In this document: positions 7,913 through 16,485 of the stretch, piece after piece
How the letters are laid out: each line of letters opens with the position of its first letter
Position numbering within the stretch: the stretch's first letter is position 1
DNA from: Acaryochloris sp. IP29b_bin.137
GTDB lineage: Bacteria > Cyanobacteriota > Cyanobacteriia > Thermosynechococcales > Thermosynechococcaceae
Assembly (NCBI RefSeq): GCF_028285745.1
Contig: NZ_JANQOP010000103.1
Location: 1-24,000, forward strand
Direction of reading: 5' to 3'
DNA length: 24,000 nucleotides
The notes under the pieces: generated by a model
What the model saw: only the letters and a program-made list of their open reading frames with translations
Told to the model about the DNA's origin: nothing
Database searches by the model: none
Translations under genes and position numbers: made by a program

Positions 7913-10648
7913 TCATGATTGTGATGGATCAATCCAGTTAGCCAGGGCTGCCATCGGTAGCATGGGCAACATCGGCAACAAGCAAATAAGCCACTGCATC
8001 CAGGTTAAGGGCGCGGTCTCAAAAAGCTGATTCATTACAGTCCACTGGCTGAAAAGGAGTTGGAGAGCAATCGCTCCAACTATTCCCATGACCAAGATGG
8101 GCGCATGGATAATCGACACGGTTCGATGGCGAAGAGAGTGGAACAGACTGAGCCCTAGCTGGCTAATACTCAGAAGATAGACAATGCGAGCGGCCACGAG
8201 CGCTTGGATCGCCATTGTTCGAGCTACTGTAATATCCCCCGTGGTGGATTTAGCCCACTCAAACAGACCGAAAATCAGAATCCAGTTAAAGAGGGAAACC
8301 ACCAAAATTCGACGCAATAACTTCCCTGTAATTAAGGGTTCGTTGGGATTTCGAGGGGGATGTTGCATCAACCCATTGGCCTTCGGCTCAAAGGCTAAAG
8401 GTACTGTCATGGTCAGGGAGTTGATCAGGTTTAGCCATAGAATCTGGAGCGAGAGAATGGGCAAATCTCGGGCGAGCAGGGCACTAATCAAAATGGTCAT
8501 CGATTCACCGCCATTGACGGGTAACAGAAATGCGATCGCTTTTCGCAAATTCTGATAGACGGTACGCCCCTCTTCTACCGCCGCCTCAACGGAGGCAAAA
8601 TTATCGTCTGTCAGCAGCATATCTGCCGCTTCTCGCGCCACTTCTGTGCCCCCTTTACCCATCGCAGTTCCAATATCAGCTTGCTTAAGGGCTGGCGCAT
8701 CATTGACGCCATCCCCGGTCATGGCGACGATTTCACCGTTTGCCTGAAGTGCTTCAACCAATCGCAGCTTTTGGGTCGGCGCAATTCTGGCAAACACGTC
8801 TCCCTCTTCAACCGCCTGAGCCAGTTGCTGATCATCCATGCTGGCTAATTGCCGCCCTTCAAAAGCCACCACTGGTCCGGCTTTCTGGATCCCCATCCGC
8901 TGGGCAATGGTCCGAGCCGTGGCAATATGGTCTCCAGTAATCATTTTCACTTGAATACCAGCAGCCTGGCAGGCATGAACTGCAGCAATCGCCTCTGGGC
9001 GAGGGGGGTCAATCATGCCCTGTAAGCCTAGAAAAATAAGGTCTGTTTCGATGTCTTCATGATCAATGGAATGTTGATGGGCACGGGCTTCCTTTTTAGC
9101 AAAGGCAAGAACCCGCAACCCTTTTTCTGTCATCTTTCTGACTGTTTTCTCAATTTCTGCGGAGTCGAGGGGGGGCTTTTGATTATCGCGTCCCATCATT
9201 TGGGAGCATCGACTCAAAAGCGCCTCGACCGATCCTTTGACATAAATGATGGGGGAAACTGGATCATGCAAAGTTGCCATATATTGATATTGCGATTCAA
9301 AGGGAATCGCATCCAACCGGGGGATTGAAGCCGTCAAACTAGACTGGCTGAGGCTAGCTTTGGCGGCTGCCGTGATCAATGCACCCTCCGTAGGGTCGCC
9401 AACAACGGACCAATCCTCTCCCGTTTGTTTGAGCTGGGAGTCATTGCAGAGCAATCCAGCGATCAGACACTCCTTCAAGGTCGGAGGTAGCTCATCTTCA
9501 AGTGGACTCACGGGATTACGGACTGTTAAGCAAATATCTCCTTTGGGACTATAGCCACTCCCACTCACCCGGTAGATTTCTCCGCCGGCATAAATCGCCT
9601 GGACCGTCATTTGATTTTCCGTGAGCGTTCCCGTTTTATCGGAGCAAATCACGGTTGCCCCCCCTAACGCCTCAACGGCTGGAAGTTTGCGAATAATAGC
9701 GTGACGGCGTGCCATCCGATTGACGCCAATGGCCAAGGTAATCGTGACGACCGCAGGTAACCCTTCTGGAATCGCACTGACTGCTAGAGCAACGGCAGCC
9801 TCAAACATATCAATCCAAGACTCCCCTTGCCCCAACCCAATGGCAAAGGTGAGGGTTGCCAGGGTCAAAATACCGTAGAGCAAAATGCGACTAAACTTGG
9901 CAAATTTGCGGGTTAGGGGCGTACTGAGGTTGACCCGCTGCACCATGGATTGAGAAATTTGCCCGACTTCTGTTGCAGCTCCTGTGGCGACCACCACTCC
10001 GGTTCCCTGCCCAAAGGTGACAAAGCTGCCCGCATAGGCCATATTGGTCCGTTCTGCCAGGGAAATATCTGCTGGTAGGGGTTGGATCGATTTGTCCACA
10101 GGGACAGATTCTCCCGTCAGGGCTGACTCATCGGCCTGTAAATTTTTGATGTTGATGAGTCGCATATCGGCTGGAACTTTATCACCGGATGCCAGCATCA
10201 CAATATCTCCGGGGACTAACTCTCGTGAGGGAATGCGCAACGTTTGTCCATCGCGGAGAACAGTCGTTTCCGTGATGACGGCCTTGGCTAAGGAGGCGAT
10301 TGCGCCCTCTGCCTTTGCTTCTTGCATATAGCCAATTCCGGCATTAATGACCGTCACGCTCCAAATCACGGCTGCGTTCGTCCATGATCCTAAAAATGCC
10401 TTAACGCCCCCTGCAATGAGCAGAATATAGAGAAGCGGCTGATGAAATTGCAGCAGAAATCTAAGCCAAGCCGGTTTCCCGGGCTTGGTGGGAAGCTGAT
10501 TCCAGCCATAGATTTCATAGCGATGGGTCACTGCTTCTGCCGTTAACCCCCTTTTGGCATCGCTATCGAAGCAATCAATAGATTCCTGAGCCGAAAGCTC
10601 ATGTTCAGAGCGAGATGACTCCTCAACTGGCTCCATAATGTTTAGCAT
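7913..10648 (-). CDS. Cation-transporting P-type ATPase (P2A-like)
   Basis: 911 aa; A-domain TGESVPV, phosphorylation motif CSDKTGTLTENQMTV, TGDHIATA, hinge MTGDGVNDAPALKQADIGTAMG, M4 IPEGLP, N-terminal cation_ATPase_N-like region. Confidence 0.93.
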   Translation of the reverse strand: MLNIMEPVEESSRSEHELSAQESIDCFDSDAKRGLTAEAVTHRYEIYGWNQLPTKPGKPAWLRFLLQFHQPLLYILLIAGGVKAFLGSWTNAAVIWSVTVINAGIGYMQEAKAEGAIASLAKAVITETTVLRDGQTLRIPSRELVPGDIVMLASGDKVPADMRLINIKNLQADESALTGESVPVDKSIQPLPADISLAERTNMAYAGSFVTFGQGTGVVVATGAATEVGQISQSMVQRVNLSTPLTRKFAKFSRILLYGILTLATLTFAIGLGQGESWIDMFEAAVALAVSAIPEGLPAVVTITLAIGVNRMARRHAIIRKLPAVEALGGATVICSDKTGTLTENQMTVQAIYAGGEIYRVSGSGYSPKGDICLTVRNPVSPLEDELPPTLKECLIAGLLCNDSQLKQTGEDWSVVGDPTEGALITAAAKASLSQSSLTASIPRLDAIPFESQYQYMATLHDPVSPIIYVKGSVEALLSRCSQMMGRDNQKPPLDSAEIEKTVRKMTEKGLRVLAFAKKEARAHQHSIDHEDIETDLIFLGLQGMIDPPRPEAIAAVHACQAAGIQVKMITGDHIATARTIAQRMGIQKAGPVVAFEGRQLASMDDQQLAQAVEEGDVFARIAPTQKLRLVEALQANGEIVAMTGDGVNDAPALKQADIGTAMGKGGTEVAREAADMLLTDDNFASVEAAVEEGRTVYQNLRKAIAFLLPVNGGESMTILISALLARDLPILSLQILWLNLINSLTMTVPLAFEPKANGLMQHPPRNPNEPLITGKLLRRILVVSLFNWILIFGLFEWAKSTTGDITVARTMAIQALVAARIVYLLSISQLGLSLFHSLRHRTVSIIHAPILVMGIVGAIALQLLFSQWTVMNQLFETAPLTWMQWLICLLPMLPMLPMAALANWIDPSQS

Positions 10649-10679
10649 CGTAGATGGTTCCCCGATGAAGGCACTGCTT

Positions 10680-11183
10680 CTAAGTGGCGTTGCCTTGAAC
10701 GACTAGTACTGAGCAGGGGGCATGGTGCAACACATAATTGCTGACACTGCCCAGAAATAACTCTGCCAGGCCGGAGTGGCCTTGGCGTCCCATGGCAATG
10801 ACATCAACTTGCCACTCATTCGCTAGGGCACAAATTTGATACCCTGGTTCTCCAAAAACAGCCTCACAGGTCACTGGTACGCCTTGTTGAGTAGCATGCT
10901 GGTAATACTCCAGTAGCCACTCATTCGCCTGTTCAATCTGAGCCTCCCATTTTTGCTGAGCAAATTGCAGATCAGCATCATCATAGGGAGTAAAATAACC
11001 GGCACTTTTTGATGTTCCCTTTGGAGAAGCCGTCAATAAACTCGAGCGCTTGATTGACGTTTCCACACAGTGAAGGAGATATAGTTTTGCTGTGTGAAGT
11101 TGAGCTATTTCTAAGGCCTGCTCAAAAACAATTCCCCCCAAGGAAGAGGTGTCAATGGCTACCAGAATGCGGTCATAACTCAT
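10680..11183 (-). CDS. Universal stress protein (UspA family)
   Basis: MSYDRILVAIDTSSLGGIVFEQALEIAQLHTAKLYLLHCVE start; ATP-binding type motif GRQGHSGLAELFLGSVSNYVLHHAPCSVLVV (G-2x-G-9x-G-S/T). Confidence 0.93.
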   Translation of the reverse strand: MSYDRILVAIDTSSLGGIVFEQALEIAQLHTAKLYLLHCVETSIKRSSLLTASPKGTSKSAGYFTPYDDADLQFAQQKWEAQIEQANEWLLEYYQHATQQGVPVTCEAVFGEPGYQICALANEWQVDVIAMGRQGHSGLAELFLGSVSNYVLHHAPCSVLVVQGNAT

Positions 11184-11232
11184 AAAAACCCTCCAGCTTT
11201 TAATATAAAATGCTTGACGACTCCAGAATTAT

Positions 11233-11364
11233 TAGTCCCAGAACGATAGGGGGCAGGGTTCTGTAGTAGAAGATATGGGTGATAAGAGAGCGATGATCTT
11301 CTGACTAAGCTCCATAAACAAGGCAATAGCGGTCACACACAAAATAAACGCCAACGTCAGCATT
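11233..11364 (-). CDS. Candidate small single-TM protein (43 aa), not in supplied ORF track
   Basis: Hand translation of minus strand: MLTLAFILCVTAIALFMELSQKIIALLSPISSTTEPCPLSFWD*. Preceded by a GGGAG ribosome-binding-like sequence. Ends 49 bp before the universal stress protein start. Confidence 0.4.
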
Positions 11365-11780
11365 GCAATCTCCCAACTGGATATAAGGCCAGCTTGTAGA
11401 CTATCAACAGGTTGTGGCGGGGGTGTGTCAGAACGACCGAACTATTGTGTCGTCGCAGATCCGGTAAAGAGAAGTGAAAACTGCCAGTGACGTTCGATGC
11501 CCAACTGACAATCGACTCTGATGGTTTCCCTTGGCGTTCTCCTTAGGGTTGGGCGATGGCGAACCCGTATCCCATTCCACCAGAATTGATGGGGGGCAAG
11601 GCGGTTGCGATCGCAACCATCGATCCAACCCTGAAGGAAAATCGCCACGGTTCAGATATCATGGAATGTCTTCAAAATAGAAGCATTCATCTTGTACGCC
11701 AGCCGTTTACCTCTCTCTAGTTCCAGAACTAAAGAACAACGCTCGTTAACGTCTCACTACCGCAAGCCGTAAAACATGCC

Positions 11781-13229
11781 ATGTCCATTGACCATCCCCG
11801 AAACACCAATCCACCCGATCCACCCGTGTTCAGCCCACAAAATCCTTGGGTACAAGGTCGCTTGCTGGAATTAGACATTCTCGATCTCAGTCCCACCGGA
11901 GATGGAGTCGGGCGATGGGGGGCACAGAATCAGGTCGTTTTCGTCCCAAACACCGTTCCGGGTGATCGCATTCAGGCTCGACTGGTTCGTGTCAAACCCC
12001 GTTATGCCCATGGTCAACTCCACGCGATTATTCAGCCTTCGCCGCATCGAGTTAGACCCCACTGTATGGTTGCCGATAAATGTGGCGGGTGTCAGTGGCA
12101 ACCGGTCGCTTATGCTTATCAACTCGTAGCCAAGCAAAATCAGGTCGTTCAGGCACTGGAAAGAATCGGACAGTTCCCCTCTCCCAACGTTGATGCCGTA
12201 CTTGCAGCAGAGTCTCCCCTAGGCTATCGAAACAAAGTGACCTATCCTGTCATTTTTAGTCCCAATTCCCAACGGGTCCAGGCAGGCTACTACCGAAAAG
12301 GCAGCCACAAATTAATCAACCTTAACCAATGTCCCGTTCAAGATCCACAATTTGATCCGTTCTTGGCAGAAATCAAAACAGATGTTCAACAACAAGGTTG
12401 GTCCATTTATAACGAACAAAATCATCAGGGTTTAATTCGCCATCTTTCGCTGCGCATTGGTCGTCGAACCGGAGAAATTTTGATGACACTTATCATCAAT
12501 GCCAAGCCCAGTCAGGCGTCTCAACTTTTAGCTAATTTTGAAGCGCAAGCCCAGAAATGGTTAGAGCATTATCCCCAGCTCGTGGGAGTTTGCCTCAATT
12601 TCAATTCGCACCGCACTAATCGCATCTTTGGCAAAGACACGGTTAACATTGTGGGTCGCAACTATTTATATGAGACCTTTGCCGGGCTGACGTTTCAACT
12701 GCGACCCGATACCTTCTTCCAGGTCCATACTGAGCAAGCGGAAGTCCTGCTCAAAACGCTCTGTGCCCACCTCCAACTCACAGGTACCGAACAGGTCGTA
12801 GATGTTTATTGCGGTATCGGCACCTTAACACTTCCTTTAGCCCGACAGGTTAAAGAGATTATTGGCATTGAAGCGCAAGCAGCAGCGATTGACCAAGCCG
12901 AAACTAATACGGCTCTTAATGACATTACGAATGCCACGTTTCGCGTTGGTGCTGCTAAAGATTGCCTAAAAGAGCTTCCTTTTACCCCCGACCTCGTCAT
13001 CTTAGACCCGCCCCGCAAAGGCTGTCATCAGAGTGTCCTTGAGCAATTACTCGCCATTTCGCCTCAGCGCATTGTTTATGTTAGTTGCCACCCAGCAACC
13101 CTGGCTCGAGATTTGAACCGATTGTGTCAATCAGGACCGTATGACCTGAACCGGGTGCAACCCGTCGATTTTTTCCCCCAAACCTCTCATGTGGAATGTG
13201 TGGCGTTCCTCCATAGGTCCGCTTCATGA
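11781..13229 (+). CDS. rlmD: 23S rRNA (uracil-5-)-methyltransferase, RlmD/RumA family
   Basis: TRAM-like N-terminus; Fe-S type Cys motif CMVADKCGGCQW plus NQCP; SAM motif VVDVYCGIGTLTLPLA; DPPRKGC; YVSCHPATLARDL; HVECVAFL. Confidence 0.9.
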   Translation: MSIDHPRNTNPPDPPVFSPQNPWVQGRLLELDILDLSPTGDGVGRWGAQNQVVFVPNTVPGDRIQARLVRVKPRYAHGQLHAIIQPSPHRVRPHCMVADKCGGCQWQPVAYAYQLVAKQNQVVQALERIGQFPSPNVDAVLAAESPLGYRNKVTYPVIFSPNSQRVQAGYYRKGSHKLINLNQCPVQDPQFDPFLAEIKTDVQQQGWSIYNEQNHQGLIRHLSLRIGRRTGEILMTLIINAKPSQASQLLANFEAQAQKWLEHYPQLVGVCLNFNSHRTNRIFGKDTVNIVGRNYLYETFAGLTFQLRPDTFFQVHTEQAEVLLKTLCAHLQLTGTEQVVDVYCGIGTLTLPLARQVKEIIGIEAQAAAIDQAETNTALNDITNATFRVGAAKDCLKELPFTPDLVILDPPRKGCHQSVLEQLLAISPQRIVYVSCHPATLARDLNRLCQSGPYDLNRVQPVDFFPQTSHVECVAFLHRSAS

Positions 13230-14416
13230 TGGATTCTGTGATCAGCATCGATTGCTTGACCTTCCTGCTTATCAGTATCTTTGTCCTTGGATTTGGCATC
13301 CTCGTGACCCGGACGATCCCTTTACTCAAGGCGTTCAATATTCCCGCTGCAGTAACGGGGGGCCTGCTAGGGTGTGGTCTGGTGAGCTATATCAACCTCT
13401 GTACGTCCTGGCATCTGCGGTTTGATCTGAGTCTGCGCAACCAACTGCTGTTGATCTTCTTCAGCACCATTGGACTCGCGGCTCGATTTAAGCAACTCCA
13501 AGAAGGGGGTAAAACATTGATGGCGGTGATTGGGGCAGTCATCCTATTCTTATTTCTGCAAAATGCAGTCGGGATTTCAGTGGCCTGTCTTGTGGGTTGC
13601 CCCATCATCTATGGATTACTAGGAGGGACAATTGCCTTTGTCGGGGGGCATGGCACAGCCATTACCTGGGGAACGCTGATTGAGCAACAAGGGTGGACAG
13701 GAGCCTTGGAATTCAGCTTGGCTGCAGCCACCTTAGGACTGATCGTCGGCGGATTGTTAGCAGGTCCCATTAGTCAGCATTTAATTCACCGATATGAGCT
13801 GGAATCCATCGCTCCCTCAATTGACGCCACAACAGACACTCCGATAACCATACCTGCCAGTTTGGACGGCATGTTTGGGAGTGTTTTACTTATTGCAACC
13901 TCCCTTGCCCTCGGGTTGGGATTACACCTGCTCACCCTCCATTGGGGCATGGTCTTGCCTCAATTTCTGCCTGTGATGTTGGTGGGCATTCTCTTGATTA
14001 ATCTACTGGACTGGGGAAAGATCAACTTCAACACGGCAGCCTTGTCATTCTGGAACGATGTCAGTCTGCAACTTTTTTTGGTGATGAGTCTGATGAACTT
14101 ACAGATTCTGTCTTGGGCCCATACAGCTGGCCCCTTACTGATCTTGTTAGGTGCCCAAACCCTTTGTGCTGGATTATTTGCTTACTTTGTTGTGTTTTGG
14201 GCAGCGGGTCGTGATTACGACGCTAGCGTGATTTGTGCAGGATTCACGGGGATGGTCTTAGGCGCGATGCCCGTGGGAATGGCCAATATGACCACCTTGA
14301 CCCATCGCTACGGCCCTTCACCTAAAGCATTATTGGTTATCCCCATACTGGGAGCCTGTTGTATGGACATCGCTAATGCGGTCGTGATTCAACTATTTTT
14401 ACTGCTTTCACCATAA
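13226..14416 (+). CDS. gltS: Sodium/glutamate symporter
   Basis: About 10-12 hydrophobic segments; N-terminal LLISIFVLGFGILVTRTIPLLKAFNIPAAVTGGLLG, FVGGHGTAITWG and TGMVLGAMPVGMANM motifs typical of GltS. Start overlaps the preceding stop (ATGA). Confidence 0.9.
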   Translation: MMDSVISIDCLTFLLISIFVLGFGILVTRTIPLLKAFNIPAAVTGGLLGCGLVSYINLCTSWHLRFDLSLRNQLLLIFFSTIGLAARFKQLQEGGKTLMAVIGAVILFLFLQNAVGISVACLVGCPIIYGLLGGTIAFVGGHGTAITWGTLIEQQGWTGALEFSLAAATLGLIVGGLLAGPISQHLIHRYELESIAPSIDATTDTPITIPASLDGMFGSVLLIATSLALGLGLHLLTLHWGMVLPQFLPVMLVGILLINLLDWGKINFNTAALSFWNDVSLQLFLVMSLMNLQILSWAHTAGPLLILLGAQTLCAGLFAYFVVFWAAGRDYDASVICAGFTGMVLGAMPVGMANMTTLTHRYGPSPKALLVIPILGACCMDIANAVVIQLFLLLSP

Positions 14417-14540
14417 AATCCGACCAAAGTCAGCGGAATGTATCAAAAAATTACACAATATATATTTTGCCCAGGGGTCTCGTAACATTACATAATATTG
14501 GGGGATCATCCACCCACGGTAGCTCACTCCTCAAATTCAA

Positions 14541-15566
14541 TTGACAATGCTTACCAAAGACCTAGAGCAGCAGCAGACTCTTGAGCCCCTGCAGCGTCCT
14601 GCTGACCCTCAAGTCCTAGAGTATCTTTACCAAAAATCTACATCACCCGCTTCCACGGTTGTTCCCTTTGCTGCACTGCTAGCCGCTGTTTGTATTTTGT
14701 CGTTTTCGGCAATTTTCACACGGTTGAGTGAAGTAGAACTGACAGCCAGCGCCACCATCTTCAATCGATTCTGGATTGCTTCCTTAGCCTTAGGAGGTTG
14801 GAGTGGTTTTCAACAATTTCGGCAACCTCGCACCGTAACTGTACCTTCCTCTAAATCACTACAAATGCGTGATTTGGCGTGGTTTCTATGTCTGGGGATT
14901 CTAATCTACGGTCGAGCCGGATCTTGGGCCTGGTCACTCACACAAACGAGTGTGGCAAATTCAAATTTGCTCCATAATATGACGCCTTTGTTTGCGACCC
15001 TGGGTGGATGGTTATTCTTAGGTCATCGCTTCAATCGTCAATTTCTATTGGGGATGGGATTGGCCATCACTGGCGTGTTGATCATCGGTATTGGCGATTG
15101 TCAGGTGGGCTCCAGTGGGCTGATCGGCGACGGTGCCGCATTACTATCAGCTGTTTTCTATGCTGCCAACTTCCTGGTAATTGAGAAATTGCGGGTCAAG
15201 TTTTCCACCCAAACCATTATGTTGTCGTCTTGTGTGGTCACTGGGCTATTGACGGTTCCCATTGTCTTACTGGGAGGAAATCAGCTGTTTCCGACGTCAA
15301 TCACAGTTTGGCTAGCCGTTATTGCCTTGGGTGTGATTAGCCAAGGCGTGGGGCAAAGTCTATTAGCTTACTGTTTGAAGCAATTTACCTCAGGGTTTGT
15401 TTCCGTCTTTATGCTGATGGAACCCCTAATTACCGCTATCCTGGCTTGGCGAATCTTTGCTGAACAGCTCAATTGGCTGAACTGGATTGCCTTTTTTATC
15501 GTTTTAAGTGGGTTATATCTAGCAACAATCAGCAAAGGATCTACAAAATCCAGCTCTATGCATTAA
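14541..15566 (+). CDS. EamA/DMT-family transporter
   Basis: Two EamA-like repeats with about 10 TM segments (NLLHNMTPLFATLGGWLFLGHRF ... SVFMLMEPLITAILAWRIFAEQLNWLNWIAFFIVLSGLYL). Confidence 0.87.
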   Translation: MTMLTKDLEQQQTLEPLQRPADPQVLEYLYQKSTSPASTVVPFAALLAAVCILSFSAIFTRLSEVELTASATIFNRFWIASLALGGWSGFQQFRQPRTVTVPSSKSLQMRDLAWFLCLGILIYGRAGSWAWSLTQTSVANSNLLHNMTPLFATLGGWLFLGHRFNRQFLLGMGLAITGVLIIGIGDCQVGSSGLIGDGAALLSAVFYAANFLVIEKLRVKFSTQTIMLSSCVVTGLLTVPIVLLGGNQLFPTSITVWLAVIALGVISQGVGQSLLAYCLKQFTSGFVSVFMLMEPLITAILAWRIFAEQLNWLNWIAFFIVLSGLYLATISKGSTKSSSMH

Positions 15567-15731
15567 TTTCCTCCATGAACCGATCATATTCAGGTTATGC
15601 TTCGGTTAAAGACCCTTCAGGCCAATGGTTCCCAAGAGATTCAATGTTAGAATCGGCCTGTCGCCATTCCAGCACTCTGTATGCTATCTACTGACCCTAG
15701 TGCTCGCCCTTTTGAGCAGCTTCCCACCACA

Positions 15732-16439
15732 ATGGGGCAGATTCTGTTAGTAGAAGATGAGGAAAATATTCGCGAGACCATCGCCCCTGCTCTACAAAAT
15801 GAAGGCTATCGGGTCATCACTGCCGCTGATGGTCAAACGGCTCTGGATGTGATTCAACTCTTTAAGTCGCGATCGCAACAGGCATCCTCCCTCGATCTGA
15901 TTATTTTGGATATCATGCTTCCCGGCATCAATGGCATTGATCTATGCCGGTTTATCCGCCGTGAGGGTTCGACTGTCCCCGTCCTGATGTTGAGCGCCAA
16001 AGATACGGAAGCTGATCGGGTGGTTGGCCTCGAAGTCGGTGCAGACGATTACCTCACCAAACCCTTTGGCATGCGAGAGTTAGTGGCTCGCTGTCGGGCA
16101 TTGCTGCGCCGCCAGCGATTAAATAATACGGATTCCCAAGGGACCATTCTCACCTGCCGAGAAATTAGTTTGCACCCTGAAGAATGTCGGGTCACGGTTC
16201 GAGGGGAAGAGGTGAGCTTATCACCCAAGGAATTTAGGATTCTAGAATTGTTTATGAGCTACCCCCGTCGAGTGTGGCCCAGAGAGCAAATCCTGGAAAA
16301 AATTTGGGGTCCTGACTATATTGGCGATAGTAAAACGGTAGATGTGCATATCCGCTGGCTACGAGAAAAGATAGAACTTGATCCCAGTAATCCAGATTAT
16401 TTAGTAACCATTAGAGGATTTGGTTATCGGTTCGGTTAA
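15732..16439 (+). CDS. sphR: OmpR/PhoB-family response regulator, SphR-like
   Basis: Receiver domain (ILLVEDEENIRE...DLIILDIMLPGINGIDLCR...MLSAKDTEADRVVGLEVGADDYLTKPFGMRELVAR) and winged-helix domain (SPKEFRILELFMSYPRRVWPREQILEKIWGPDYIGDSKTVDVHIRWLREKIE...YRFG). Track start is 15681; ATG at 15732 fits the receiver-domain start. Confidence 0.85.
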   Translation: MGQILLVEDEENIRETIAPALQNEGYRVITAADGQTALDVIQLFKSRSQQASSLDLIILDIMLPGINGIDLCRFIRREGSTVPVLMLSAKDTEADRVVGLEVGADDYLTKPFGMRELVARCRALLRRQRLNNTDSQGTILTCREISLHPEECRVTVRGEEVSLSPKEFRILELFMSYPRRVWPREQILEKIWGPDYIGDSKTVDVHIRWLREKIELDPSNPDYLVTIRGFGYRFG

Positions 16440-16485
16440 ATCCATCCATTGGGGGTAGACTCAGGCTGACACACCGGAGAGATTT

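Noticed and set aside
8184-10331. Series of plus-strand ORFs (8184..8555, 8740..8940, 9059..9328, 9360..9554, 10044..10331) opposite the ATPase gene
   Set aside because: Antisense to a complete, motif-confirmed P-type ATPase; sequences are low-quality shadow ORFs with no recognisable domain.
11428-11648. Two minus-strand ORFs (11428..11628 and 11442..11648) upstream of the USP cluster
   Set aside because: Overlap each other, have Arg/Trp-rich non-protein-like composition and no domain signature; likely chance ORFs in intergenic DNA.
15567-15731. Searched for Pho boxes (tandem CTTAACCT-like) upstream of sphR
   Set aside because: Only a single partial match (CGGTTAAAG); no tandem array.
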